Shown piece by piece: positions 1-13,229 of a stretch of DNA of 33,137 nt. Position 1 is the first letter of the stretch. Each line of letters opens with the position of its first letter. The notes under the pieces were generated by a model, which saw only the letters and a program-made list of their open reading frames with translations, had not been told where the DNA came from and ran no database searches. A program made the position numbers and the translations under genes. The DNA comes from Atractiella rhizophila (lineage: Eukaryota), in the NCBI GenBank assembly GCA_021432655.1, contig MU271677.1, forward strand, positions 1-33,137, in the 5' to 3' direction.

Positions 1-60
1 CATAAAAGGCGTCTCCCACTTCTGACATCTCTTTCATCCCGTTTCGATTCACGGTCAACG

Positions 61-1980
61 ATGCTCTTCTCCACGGTAGCACTCGCTGCCATCGCAGCCA
101 CAGCCAGCGCCGCGCAGTTTCCAGTCATCGATGGCGTCGTTGGAGGCGTACCTGCAGACGTTTTAGCTGCACATGACGACTCTACCTCAAAGCTCGCCAT
201 CGTTGAGCAGGACGTGACAGTTCAGGCTACTGGACAGTTGAGATATACTCAGAACAGCGGTGTTTGTGGTAAGCCCTCCAGCCTCACGCAGGAGAACCTT
301 GTAGACCATCTCGGCTGGTGGGACAGAGACGACGAATGGTGTCTACCAGGCTTCGGGTTATGGAGATATCGCATCGAACAAACACTTATTCTTCTGGTTC
401 TTCGCCGCGCGGAACAACCCTGCCACTGCTCCTCTGTCCCTCTGGTTTGTATGTGCTCCGCTCAACGGACTATGAACTGGACTCACATCCGATTTGACAT
501 TAGAACGGTGGACCTGGAAGCTCTTCCATGATCGGTCTCTTTCAAGAGCTAGGACCTTGCAGGATCAAGAACGACTCCTCAACTGTAGTCCTGAATCCTA
601 TGTCGTGGAATGAGAACTCGAACGTCATGTTTATCGATCAGCCTGTGCGTTCACTTCTCTTTCCCGCACGCGCTGAGCTAACAGGGAGAGACTGTAGGTC
701 GGCGTCGGATTCAGCTACGGAACAACCACAGTTGGAACCTCCCAAGCAGCCGCCGCCGACGTCTGGACCTTCCTTCAGATCTTCTTCAAAGATTCCACCT
801 TCTCCAAATACGCCTCCAACCCACTCGCAATCTGGACAGAATCGTTCGCCAAACTTCCATTCCCTCACTTGTTGTATTGGCTGACCTTTGTGTGAAGGTA
901 TGGAGGACACTATGGACCAGAGTTCTCGAAATATATCTTGGACCAGAACGATAAGATCGCTGCGGGCACTGTTACCGGCAGCAAGCTGAATTTGCAGTTT
1001 TTGGGTGTTGGAGACGGGTTAACGGATCCCTTGAGCCAATACCCTGGATACATTGAGTATGCCAAGTGAGTGTCATCGTCATCCTTCGAAAGGCCAATCT
1101 TTAAAGGTTGGATGTCCACAGGAACAACCCTTACCATCAACTTGTGTCCACGAGCGTCATCAACACCGCCAATACCTCATGGTCCAAATCTGGAGGATGT
1201 AGGGACCAGGTAGGGCTCTTCCCGTCATCACATCCAATATCTCAACATGATTTCGACGGCAGATCCAATCGTGCTACTCAACCGGCTCGACCTCCACTTG
1301 CTCCCGCGCGCAATCCTACTGTAACAACAACATCCTCTCACCACTCGCTGGACCATACGACGTCTACTTCGTCCTCGCAAGGGACCCGGATCCATACCCG
1401 CCTGACTTCGAGAATTACATCGACAGCATCGCGGATACGATTGGAGCTGAGTCGACTTGGCAAGAATCGAACTCGCAAGTGTACAGCAACTTCGCTGCCA
1501 CGGGAGATTGGATGCATAACTCGAGGTTGGCGTTGGAGAGGGTCATCAATGCCGGGGTCAAAACACTCGTCTATTGCGGTGACGCTGTACGTTCCTTCCT
1601 TTCTCATGCCTTGATCGTGAAGATTGAAACTGATGCTGTTTGATAGGATTTCATCCTTAACTACCCTGGAATAGAAGCAATGGTCCAAAACCTCAACACA
1701 ACCCTCACCTCCCAAATCCACGCCCAGAAACTGCAGACGTACAAAGTGCAAGGCCAAGACGCCGGCCTGTTCTTCAACGCTGGGACCTTCAGCTATCTTC
1801 GTGTATACGGAGCAGGGCACGAGGTGCGTTCATAATTTCTTGTTCCTCTCACAACGAGTTGATGACGTTACGGCGCTGGTGAAGGTCCCCGCTTACACTC
1901 ATGGAACACTCAAATATGGACAGGCTGCTTTGCAGATGTTTGACCAAATTATGGCCGGCAATGGGCTGGCTTCTACGTAA
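61..1980 (+). CDS. Secreted serine carboxypeptidase, peptidase family S10 (9 exons)
   Basis: Hydrophobic signal peptide [17 protein letters not shown]. Spliced motifs [34 protein letters not shown], catalytic Ser W-T-E-S|Y-G-G-H-Y, Asp in GDA|DFILN, His in GAGHE|VP. Eight GT-AG introns keep the frame; TAA ends at 1980. Confidence 0.95.
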
Positions 1981-2429
1981 CGAATCGAACGGAACTATGT
2001 TGGAAGGAGAAAGGGAAAAAGTTGTACCACGTGTTGTGAATAGCTCATGTGAAATATCATTCTTTGGTGCTATCCTTTACTCCTTGGTGCCCCTATGGTC
2101 ATTGGACTCCACTGCCTTTGACTTAATAATTTATTTTATGCCTTGGGCGATCATGAGTTGAACCTATCCAGTTCTTTGGGGAGGCTGTTGAACTGCCCAC
2201 CTATCCATGAGACGGATGACTAGCCGACTGTGAGACTGCTCGTCCTCGTCATCATCTCTGCGCCTGTGAAAAGCGAAAAGGAAGAGCCGAATGAATGAAA
2301 TGGGATCGGAAAGGTACCACAAGCGCATCCATTCGGTGATGGATACACATGACCTCTGTCGTGGGAAGAAACCAGTGCATTCCTAATCCCGTTGCAACTG
2401 CTCGCAATCAACCCGGTGGAGCTCACCCA

Positions 2430-3095
2430 CTACTCCGTCTTTTTCTTCTTCTCCTTCTTCTCCTTCTTCTCCTTCTTCCCCTTCAAGCTCTTCCACAACT
2501 TCCAACCACACCAAAGCGCACCCATGGCCACTACGAGGGTCTGAACGGCGGGCACCCAGTTCACATCCTCTTGCGCGGGCACAGGAGTTTGGAGGTAAAT
2601 TTTAGCCCAGAAGCCCCTTTCTGGAGTCAAATCGTATTCCCACGCCTTCGGCTCGTCCACGATCCTCAACTTGAGCGATGATGACTGGTCAGGCTGTGGT
2701 GACGAACAATTGTAATAGATCCTTGGCTCGGCCACCTCGACTTTAATAATGAGCCTCTCGCCATCCTGCGTTTCTTTTGAAGTCGAAGGAGGCAAATAGC
2801 GCAGATGGACGGGAACGTCTACTGTTCCGGGCTGGTTCAAGACTTGAAATCGGATTCCTCCTTTGACGTTTGACGGCGGCAGTGCGGAGAGTGGCGCTTC
2901 GGGGTCCTGGTTGCCCCAAATGTGGAGGGAACTGCCTGGAAAGAGGGGCAGGAGCTCGTGCTGGTCGAGGATGACGGAGGACGGTAGGTAGTGCTCGTAG
3001 ATGAGTGGGCACGGCAGCGGAGGACTGGGGTATGTGAGGGTGGACACCAGGTGCGGGTGAAAGGAAGGTGGGGGAGTTTGGAGGACGTGGGACAT
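2430..3095 (-). CDS. PBN1: PIG-X/Pbn1-family subunit of GPI mannosyltransferase I
   Basis: Family-like motifs FHPHL, C-x-L...LPSSVILDQHEL, G-x-x-D-x-EAP and VPVHLRY-x-x-P, a C-terminal TM helix and a terminal KKTE (KKxx ER-retrieval signal). Single ORF. Confidence 0.8.
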   Translation of the reverse strand: MSHVLQTPPPSFHPHLVSTLTYPSPPLPCPLIYEHYLPSSVILDQHELLPLFPGSSLHIWGNQDPEAPLSALPPSNVKGGIRFQVLNQPGTVDVPVHLRYLPPSTSKETQDGERLIIKVEVAEPRIYYNCSSPQPDQSSSLKLRIVDEPKAWEYDLTPERGFWAKIYLQTPVPAQEDVNWVPAVQTLVVAMGALWCGWKLWKSLKGKKEKKEKKEKKKKTE

Positions 3096-3350
3096 TGGTT
3101 AGCTGTGAAGGTGGTTATTACGCCGCAAAGTGTACTTGAGAGGAACTGCTCACTGGCTCTATGCTAGATTATTCAATTCGATTCCATTTCCAATGATGCA
3201 ATCCAGGAAAGGAAGGTGAGATAGGGTTTGCAATTCATCCATTCTTGGAGACCCCCTGAACTGGGACAGAAAGCTCCTTATTTTCCACGAACGTCTATTG
3301 TCCTCAACAGCTCCTGATTCTGCCTGGGTGGAAGTGGTAACGCAAGCACC

Positions 3351-5298
3351 ATGAGTGAAGCGCTAGTGAATGGAAGACAGTGTCGAAACCTCGTCCTCTG
3401 CTTCGATGGCACGGGTAACAGTTTCTCAAACAATGTATGTTTCCTCTGATCGTGAAGCTGATACATCACATTAATCACAGCTCACTCTTCCTTTAGCTCA
3501 CGAACATCATCAAGCTCTTCTCTTTTCTCGAGACGGACTCTCCATCGCAGAGATGCTACTACCAAGTTCGTTCCTTCTCAACCACGTTGCCATGCTCCGA
3601 ACTTCGAGCAAAGCAACTGCATCTGAGCTGACGTTACTTCGTTCATAGCCTGGAATTGGAACGTACGAGGTCCCCACGATGGTAGGCAACATCTATTTCG
3701 CCTCCTCCAAAGTTCTCGACTTGGCATTCGCGACGTGTGCCATTTCCTCCTTCCCCCTCCATACTTCACTGATGTATGGCGATATGAAGGACGATGGACG
3801 CGCATATCCAGCAAGGATACACGTTTCTGATGGAGAACTATCAGGTCCGTCCGCCCATCTCCCCTTCGTCTCGATCTATCGAGGAATAACACAACTCTGG
3901 AAAAGAACGGAGACTGCATCTACCTCTTCGGTTTCTCCCGTGGGTCTGCCACCGCACGAGCTCTGGCGGGGATGCTGGCTACTGTTGGCCTCTTGCCACG
4001 GGGAAAGTGTGTCCTTCCCGTCTTTTCGGTACTCACTGAGGTAATAACTGTCCGGCCGTTGCCAGTGCCCAACAGGTCCGCTTTGCCTTCGACTTGTTCA
4101 AGAAGATGCCACCAGACGGAGTGGCTAATTCTGAGTTCAAGAGGACGTTTTGTAGGGACGTGAGCGTAAGATTTTGTGGCGTTTGGTGTGTCCATCGTTT
4201 CATCTATCATTCACGGTGCGTCGGCCAAACTGACTGGTTGATTGCTTGATTGGCGTAGGGATACTGTTTCTTCCACTGGTCTCATCCTCTCCGACCTATT
4301 TCCCCTCTCGAGAAACGATCGCATCCAAACGTTTCGACAGGCCATTTCTTTGGACGAGAAGCGGGTCAAGTTCATCTATGAGCCTTTCTTCCCTTCGGAG
4401 GGACAAGAGTACGTCTGCCATACATCTCATCAAGCAGTGCTGACACGGAAATGATAGCGTCAAGCAGCTCTTCTTCGCAGGCTGTCACACAGATATCGGA
4501 GGAGGAGCGACGGAAGATGACGGGGACGTCTCCCCTCGAGCGTCGCACGTTCCCTTCCGATGGATGCTGCTCGAAGCCTTCCGAGCCGGGCTGTTGCTCG
4601 ACAGGTCCAAGCTTCTCTCCTCTCCGATCTACGTCGACGTCTGCAAAGACGTCATCCTCTCCAAATCCTCCCTCTACCTCTCGAAGCCACACAACTCCAC
4701 CACCTCCACCTCCCTATCCCCTACCACTACGACAGAACAGCCTCGCCCAACACCACCTCCTTCGATCGCAGAATATCTCCCGCCTACGGACTGGCTCTCG
4801 ATGCTTTTCCCGCGTTACCCTCCTCCGGCGTACGGCGAAGAGATCACCTCCAGCTCAATCTCGATCGAGGACCTGCTCGTCGCCGGCGAACGCTCTTCGC
4901 ATTCCAAAGAAGGAAAGGACACAGTCGCTCCCATACACAACTCCTTCTCTCCCAAGTATGCGAACATCTTTGCTTCTTGCTTTTACAATTGTTTGGAAAT
5001 CGTTCCCCTCAGGTGGTACGATGGAGAAAAAGAAGGTGAACCTCATACGACCTGCGGGTATGTCTTCTCTTTCCTCCTCCTCCCTCCCCTTTCGTGTGAA
5101 GGTAAACATTGAAGGCTAAACGTTTGAAGGTGTCACTGTTGGAGACCTCGCTACGTCCCTCCTGGCGCGGAGTACCACGACAGCGTCAAGCTGAGAGCGG
5201 AAGCGCCTGCTCCAATCAGGACGACAGGATCGGAGGTTGGAGGGAAGTATGTGCCATCGCCTGGGTGGCCTAAGCCTGCGACTGCAACGAGCGTGTGA
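3351..5298 (+). CDS. DUF2235 / T6SS Tle1-like alpha/beta-hydrolase (multi-exon)
   Basis: Spliced motifs RNLVLCFDGTGN, YYQ|PGIGTY, nucleophile FGFSRG, DTVSS, AISLDEKRVKF, FFAGCHTDIGGG, FRWMLLEA and C-terminal RPRYVP..YHDSVKLR. TGA at 5296-5298. Confidence 0.9.
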
Positions 5299-6178
5299 GC
5301 AAATGAGACTGCCTGCTTTCATTCGTGATTTGTGTATGGTTTTGCATCCTTTCGAGCATTCAGCAGTTGATTAAGCTTGGCCTGGTTCGTCGTTCGTACT
5401 CGCTAGCAAATAATGTATTCAATGTTAATATACTCCAAGACTAGTCAATGATACACCGACATCGAATCGAAACTTTGTTTTGCTGCGGAAAGTTTACGCT
5501 TTGGCGCCTGCAACAGCAAGAACTGGAACGACACATGTCTGGATACAGATTTGTGCCTGGATTTGCGTGAAGTTACGCTAGAATCAAAGACGCTTGGGCT
5601 GTAACTCGTGGCAGGACTGGCGCTCGACCCGAATCGCAAGATTGGAAACAAGAATTGAATGCGTGCGCGTGACTGACGTTGTCTGAAGGCTACAAATTCT
5701 CGCTGTAAGCCCTCCACAAAATTTGCTAAGCAATCCAAGTGTTTTGTCGTCCTTCTTCACAGGAACACTCAAAAACATAGAGCTCATCAAAGCAGTAGCC
5801 CACACTCGAGCACGGACAAGGTCCAACGACTAACTCACCTCGCGCCGCGCGAATCCTCTCCGACATTTCGACCGGAACGCTGCTGTCTAAGCTGTTGTAT
5901 GTATCACCCCCAGCAAAGGTTGGCTTGACCAAGGTAAGCCTCCCGGCCTCGTTGTCTTTCCGCCTTGAATCTCCACTCTGCTGTTAGAAATGGAGCTCTG
6001 ACACAACTGACTCCGCGTTCCAGACTGCAAGAACTTACCCGACTTGACTTCTGATCGATCGAGTCGAATCCCAAACATATACTGCTATTTAACCGCTTCA
6101 CCTTATACGCCCATCTCTTTCCCACTCACATCGTCTGAAGAAGGTAGCCTTTCCTCTACCAACTCTTACAATCTCGAC

Positions 6179-8927
6179 ATGTCCGGCACTTCCTCTTCCT
6201 CTCCCTCCTCGTCAACTGCGGTAATAGCGCCACCAAAAGCGTCAACAACAACTACGACGGGGAAGCGGAAGCGAGCCCGCGCGGCGTGCGATGCCTGCCA
6301 CCTACGACGGGTACGATGCCATTACGATCTGCCGCCTGGTGTCGAACCCGGAGAGGGGGATGGATGTGTGACGTGCAAGAACAAGGGGATCCGATGCACC
6401 CGCAAGGCGTTCACTTCTGCTGCCGGTGACGGGGGAGCTGGAGCAGGCGATGGCACGGGGAAAAAGATGGCGAAGGTACCAGGTGTGAGTGCGAGGAATG
6501 AAGGCGCGTTGCTTGGGACAGAATTGGCGAGAGCCCTTGCAGGCAGCTTGCTCCAAGGTCCGTTGCCTTCCGCGTCTCCAATCGAATGAATTAAAGAATG
6601 ACGATGCAATCGCGAGTAGTGCAAGAACTTATGGTCCAGTATCCCATATCGAGCGTACTCTTCCCGAATTTCCGGAGAGACTTCGAACGCCTAGGTGGGA
6701 AGCCTGAAGCGTTGAAAACGCACGCGGAACAAGTGTTATGCGCTTGCTTTGTCGCACTGGGAGCGAGGGGGAGCAACCATTCAGTAGGTCCTCTCCCACC
6801 CTTTTCTTGTCCCAGGTGTAATGAATGGCCTTGTGATCAGGCCATCCTTGGTGGCTCGGTCCCAACGCTCGATGCTCATTGGGGTAGGAACGATATCATG
6901 AAGTTTGGACCACGGTCAGTTCTCATAATTCTGACCTGTTCGATTGCCCTTCTGATGTTATTGATTTGAAGGCGCGAGTCAATTTGTAACTCGCTTGCCG
7001 AGCGCGCGATACAGATGGGCGACGATGGAGGGTATATGAGGAAAGCTTCTGTGGAGAACTTAGTCTGTTTGCTCATGTTGGAAAGTGTGGCGAATCGTCT
7101 GTGTTCTCCTCATTTTCAAGAGTGAATCCGCTGAGAAACAGTAACTTAGAATCGGATCACACCTGTAAATCTGGACGACCATATCTTATATCGGCTGCTT
7201 CTCATCTCCGCCATCTATTAGTGCGCTGAAACCTCACAAGTCTTATCGTGACGTGAGTTGACATTATGGGATAGAATACCAATACGATCCCACAGTCCCA
7301 AGAATCCATCGTTCTACACTTCCTCTCTCCCTTCATATTCGCACGAGACGCTTACACTTCCCTTTCCTCCTCTGATTTTCTCTCTCTCAGTCCAGACGAC
7401 ATCACCCAGCTCTTCCCCCCAACCTCTCCTTCCCCCCTTCCTTGTTCGTGCCCTCCGGACGTCACTTGCAACACATCTCCACCTCATCCGACATCCTCCA
7501 AGTCTACAATGGCGTCATGGCGCTCAACATCCGTGTTGCCGTACTCATACGCTCCCTAGTAAAAGAATGGGCGTCTCCATTAGCACGGGCACGAAAAGGG
7601 GAAGAAGGGCGGAAGCTGAAGTCGTTTTGGCAAGGCGTTATAGATACGAGATTGGACGTGGAGAGCGTACGGGAAGGGTGGGAGAACGTTCATGGGAAAG
7701 GAGCGATTTCGAAAGAGAAGAAAAAGGATGGGAGGGCATACTTCCTCAGCTTCGAGGCGCAGATCGCAAGGGCGATATTTATCGCTCATAAAGTGTTGGA
7801 AGACCGGATTGCTTCCCAGCGTGAGGAGATCATGGGAGGCCGCGACAGACGGAGGGCAAATGACGGCTCACCTTTCCAGATGGAAGGGATTGAGGATTTC
7901 ACTCTCACTCTGAATGGTGGGAGAGAGGTGGAGAAAGACGACTTGGAGGAACTGAAGAGGTACAGCGATCAACTGGTCCGCGACCAATTGACGAGGTTCC
8001 TTAAAATCATCGTCTCCACTCTCAAGGTTCACCCTCCCCCTTTTTGTGGATAACGAATATGCTGATGCGTTATAACAGGACCCTGCTTCAAACAAGCTCC
8101 CTCGAATATTGCCGCTTAGGCACATCTTCCTGTCGTTATCCCACCTGCCCGACATGCGGACAGCTCTTGTCGACGCACTTAATACGATCGAAGACGTCCC
8201 TCGTCAGGACGTGCTCACAGGTCTCAAGTGCTTAGGGTATTCCTATGGCGACATCAACGCCTTCATCATGGAGCTCAACAAACGACTCGCAGAACCGCAA
8301 CCACCACCTCAACCAGTTTTCGCACAACCAACAAATCCCTTCACTCCAGTGTTCCCATCTCAGCCATATCCTGAGGTTCCACCTGGAATGGGAGCAAGCG
8401 TCGCATTCTCACCCTCAGAAGAAGAAGTCGATCGGTTTATCAAAAGCCTGTCTCAATCTACAACCTCGCAGGCACAAATGCAAAACGACATGTTTTCGAA
8501 TCTTTCATTCAGTCTAACCCCTCAGACACAACCATTGCCCTCACCTAGCACCAGTAATCCTAGCTTCGACACGATCCTAAACAACCTATCGACCTACTTC
8601 TTCCCCCTTCCAGCCAATCCTCCTCAACCCCTCCAACCCGACTCACAACCCCAAACATCTTCCGACCCATTCTCGATGCTAACCGCCGAGCAACAATTCT
8701 TCCTCCAACAACACTTCCGCTCAGCCTCCTCGAACCAGAACGCCGCCTTGACTCGCCCTGCTCCTTCATCAACGTCTGACATTCAAAATCAAACTCCGCC
8801 ATGGTTGTCAGGGCAAAACCTTTCCTTCCCTCTCCAACAGGGTCAACAGCCCTTCTACGATCCGCGGTCGGGCAGGCAAGGGCAGAACACGAACACTGCA
8901 CTGGGAGGGCTGGGAGGCGGATACTGA
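6179..8927 (+). CDS. Zn(II)2Cys6 fungal transcription factor (multi-exon)
   Basis: KRKRARAACDACHLRRVRC-x-CVTCKNKGIRC binuclear cluster. The frame can be followed through GT-AG introns (including 7444-7502) into a Pro/Gln/Ser-rich C-terminus. TGA ends at 8927. Confidence 0.88.
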
Positions 8928-9521
8928 CGATTTCTTCCCAATTTTAGCCGCAGTTGTACTCTGGAGCGAAGTAGATGTGAAAAGCGGCATAGTACCTGTA
9001 CTCATAATTTACCAATGAAAAATAGTGGGCATGTCCCTTAGTTGCTTAAGTTATCAATCCGGTTCAGACGGCACAATGCAAATTTGTCAACAAGCTTTCA
9101 ATCCACGTCAATCCCTCAGATCGAGGATGATCAGAACTATCAAGGGACTCCAAGCTATATGAGCACTTCTCTAGTATGAATCAAGCAAGCGAGCCAACAG
9201 TGATTATAGAAAGAATAGAAAGACGAAATTCATCACTGATCTTCAATCGAACGGCAAACGAAATGAAACCACAACTATCAAGTTTCACCCCGTGAAGAAT
9301 CAATCTCTGAAATGAAAATGGTAAATGTAAAGCAGGTCAAACCGTGACCCGAAAAGAACAATTGCGGATGAAAAATGACGGTTGAAAAGGGAGAAGAATA
9401 TATCAAACAGTCAATTTGAAGAGGGTAAAGAAGCGCTTCTTTGGCGGAGAACTACTGTTCAGAGGTTTGACGGATCGATGGTAAGGTAAGGGAAAGGGGT
9501 TAGCGATGAGTTGCCGGACGT

Positions 9522-11066
9522 TTAATAGTTTCCACCACGGTAGTAAGGATCGAAACCGGGTTGCGGCGGCCTTGCGTTCATCCTCTGGTTAAACTCCCCT
9601 GGGTAAGGGAGCCCCTGAGCGTCCTGAGCGTAAGGGTCCATTGGAGGCATGACTTGCATGGGTGGACCGCCGTAGGGACCGGGGTATTGAGGAGCGGCGT
9701 AGGGCTGTTGAGCCGGAGGTTGGGGAGTGACGGCCCGTTCGAAAGCCGGCGTGTGGGATCTGCGGATTGGACATGTTAGTTGGAGCACTTTCTATCGCTG
9801 AAGACGATCATATAACAGACATTCATTCAAGAAGCGTCTGTGCGAAAGGTTTCTGGACGAGAAAGAAAGGGAGACATGTGTCCGCCCTTCCGTTCCTTGT
9901 CCCGTTCGAGTAGATAGAAAAGAAACTCACCTTTCATACCCTCCATACCCGCTCCTATTTCCCCAGCTGTCCTGCCTGTTCAAGCTCGCTCCGGGGATCT
10001 GAGGAGCACCATTCATCCTCCCATATCCCGTCACATGACTATCACCGGAATCGCCTCTCTGATGCTGCTGATGACCTCCATCGACATTCGCTCCATACGG
10101 GTTATCCCCGATCTGATTCCACCCCTGCTTCTCATTGAACGAATCGTCGTTCCTCTTCACCGCCCCTCCGAACTCGGGGGTAGCATCGGCTCCCTCACCA
10201 GGTCCGAAGGATATGGGACGCATGCGTTCTTGGAAGCGTTTGGAGGACGAGAATCGCCATTTACGGATGAGGGTCCAGATGAGGAAGGCACCTCCGATAG
10301 AGGACCCGACGACGATGAGGATGACTGTGGTGGTCTTGGACAGACCCGAATCGCTGTCGTTCTTCTTGTTGTCTGCATCCGAGTTCAGAGCTGTGTTGGT
10401 CGGCAAACTCGTGTCGGTCGTGCTCGAGGATGTGGTTTCGGTGCTCGACTGCGTGGAGCTCGTCTTGCTCTTCGATGTCGTCGTGCTCGAGCTGGTGCTG
10501 CTGGTCGTGGTGGACGATTGGGTTGTGGAAGTACTGTCCGTCGTCGAGGCGGCGGTGGCGGTATTGGTGGACGAGTCAGTGCTGAGCGTGTTGCTTGCTG
10601 TGTTGCCAGTAGCAGCAGGGTCAGTGCCAGTGGTGTTTGTGGTATCTGTTCACGCATCACACACGTCAGCCGAACAAGTCCGAATCCATACCATCCATAC
10701 TACCACAAACACCAATAAATGAAAGGGAAACGCACTGGGGTCATCACCACCTCCGAAGAGCCCATCGAAGATCCCTTTATTATTCCCACCATCAACTAGC
10801 GAATCCGTGCTCGAATCGCTCGAATCCGTGCTCGAATCGCTCGAATCCGTGCTCGAATCGCTCGAATCCGTGTTATCCACGCTGGAATCAGTGGTTGCAT
10901 CCGTCGTGTCAGTGTCGTTCTGCCGTTTTGTTAACGAGATGGCCGAGGGACGATGACGGATCTGAAACCGCTGGAGGTCCTGACCGGACGGCGAGTGGGT
11001 ACCCGCTGCGACGACGGTGGAAGAGAGGAAGAGGGAGAGGAGGGAGAAGAGGAGGGTGGGTTGCAT
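9522..11066 (-). CDS. Ser/Thr/Asp-rich type I membrane protein (Mid2/Wsc/Csi2-like architecture)
   Basis: Exons 11066-10736, 10645-9931 and 9759-9522 join in frame. Signal peptide, Kex2-like KR|Q site, long S/T-rich ectodomain, one TM helix (VILIVVGSSIGGAFLIWTLI) followed by RKWR, and a Pro/Gly/Tyr-rich tail. Confidence 0.8.
10801..10872. repeat. Coding minisatellite, 21-nt unit x3.4 (encodes DSSDSST)
   Basis: GAATCCGTGCTCGAATCGCTC repeated perfectly three times plus a partial unit. Confidence 0.95.
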
Positions 11067-12331
11067 TCTTGTTGGTTATTTGGTTGATAAGGATTAAAGA
11101 GCGTAGGTGTTCTAGCGTTTTTGGTATTTTTTGGATGCGAAACGAGGATGGCGGCCGGCGTCGAGTTCCTGTCTTCACGTCTCTTAACGCTGCTCTTTTG
11201 AGTGGAAAACAGAGAAAGAAACGTACGAAAGCGCAATTTACACACGAGTGAAAAGAGGAAAGAGGAAGAAAGGAATAAGTGAATAAATTGGACAAAGCCG
11301 CTAGACCGAACACACTACCGGGATTAGAGACCCACCTATTAACCTATTCTCCCAGTTTCCTAGTGTCACTGGTATCCCTCCCTTAGCTATGCCTGGGCAG
11401 CTGAAGGCGAAGGAGTCGCAAATTGCAAGCGAGGGTCGAGGAAGGAATGTCGTCGTTCGTTGATTCGTTGGGAAGAAGATCAAACGTTAGCCTCTCCGCT
11501 GAGCCTTGCTTATCACCCGAGAACCTTGTACAACACCTCAGCAGCAAAATACGACCAGCGTCCCTTCTCCAGTAATATATATATCCTAGTATTTACTGCA
11601 ACAAAGCATGCAGGGTGCTCTGATACATAGAGAAAGGGGATCGCTTTTACCAGCGCTTTTGAATGGGCTCATCACGTTGAGGATCGGTTGTGAAGCACGA
11701 CTCATTAGGCGACGCCGCAATGTGTTGATTTCCTAATGGTGTGTTCGATCAGTCTTCTAGATGATATGGGGCATGGGTCACTTGGAGATGAGCTTCAGAG
11801 GCTGCGAGAACCCTCTGCGCAAGTTCTTATGTGCAGTATTTACGTTGAGCATGCTTCATACGTTCAGCAAACTTGAAGTCTCCTGGGAGACATTCCATGA
11901 TATTAACAAATAAGTTCAAGTCGTGACTTGCTGACTCGCTGATTACTACACTATGCACGAGCTGAAGTAGCAGCAGCTCCAGCTGTCGTAGCAATCGCAG
12001 TTGGTGTTAGATAATGTGGACATCTTCAGTTGTCTTCCGCAGGGACTAATGATAATGAGGACAACAACGGAAGACACAGATGGCATTCGTATCGTCCACG
12101 CCAAGATGCGGAGAGTTCTGCAGCTCTTGGAGGTACTATTTCGGAACAAGAGGACCAAGGAGCTGCCACCAATGCTAGTGCTGTTTACGTTTTGGGGTGA
12201 GCTCTGATGGTGTGGCATGATGTTTGATTATTGGCACCATTGGGATCATTCAAAACGTGCCTCTTTGAAACCTACCTGATTTTGTTTTGCCCTCTTCCAT
12301 ACACGATAACTTCCCAAACCCCTCCGCTCCT

Positions 12332-13229
12332 TCAGTTCAATGCCTCAACAATTGCCTCAGCGAGCCTATTCATCAAGCACATTCATCTCTCAATCACATT
12401 ATCGAAGAACCAAAGCTCACGGTTTAGCACTAGGGGGATTCTGCCCAGTGATGAGCTTCCCATCCTTGACAACGTGGGGCTCATAGTCCCCAGCTCGTTG
12501 AAAAAGAGCTCCTTTGGCAGAGAGCACATCCTCGAGCAGGAAAGGTACCTTGTCAGTCGCGTCGATCGCCGCCTCTTCAGAGTTAGTGTACCCAGTTAGT
12601 CTCTTCTCCAACACGAGGTACTTCCCGTTAGAGAGGATGACATTGACGAAGACTCCGGGACCGTGACAAACTGCTGAGACGACCTGGTTGTGCGAAATGA
12701 GCTTTTCATCATCCTTGGGAAGAGGCATCGTACCTTTCCTGCTTCCCAGAACTCAGCGATCAGTTTCTGAGAGATCTCGTCGACGGCCAAATCGAAGATA
12801 GGGCCATGACCACCGGGATAAAAGATCGCGTCGTATTCTCCCGATTTGCCTGTGAACTCGCTCAACGCGGTGGTATTCTTCCACACATGTTCCTGTCTCC
12901 CGACATCACCTCTGTATTCTTCAACATGTTGAAAAACGCACATTCTTTTCCAAGAACTCGAGCGACTCGCCGTCCTTTCCCTGCGTGGACAATTCAATAG
13001 ACCACGAGTCCAATGGCGCTTCACCGCCTTTGGGAGAGGCAAAGGTCATTTCATATCCGGCTTTCTTGAACACATTATAAGGGTGGGCGAGTTCAGGCTA
13101 TTCCCAAACAAATGGTGACTAGGTCAATAAACTCATGGGAGAAGAAAAGAAGGGTACAAGAAACCATCCGCCGAGAGAGTCGTCAGTGTGAGGATGGGAG
13201 GTGAGGACGACGAGGACTTTTTTGGACAT
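12332..13229 (-). CDS. DJ-1/PfpI family protein (Hsp31-like glyoxalase III / class I GATase-like), paralog 1
   Basis: MSKKVLVVLTSH...GWFL|PELAHPY, ASPKGGEAPLD, YDAIFYPGGHGP, SAVCHGP (catalytic Cys-His), LITGQNP. Spliced stop at 12332-12334. Confidence 0.95.

Noticed and set aside
7410..7505. Apparent frameshift in the Zn2Cys6 gene
   Set aside because: Resolved by a 59-nt intron GTTCGT...CCAAG (7444-7502), a donor type used elsewhere in the window.
10801..10872. Short direct repeats resembling a CRISPR array (also 29019-29082)
   Set aside because: No spacers, eukaryotic context, no cas genes; these are simple tandem repeats.
11946..12218. Short ORFs in the 11.1-12.3 kb intergenic gap
   Set aside because: No recognisable domain or consistent exon structure.
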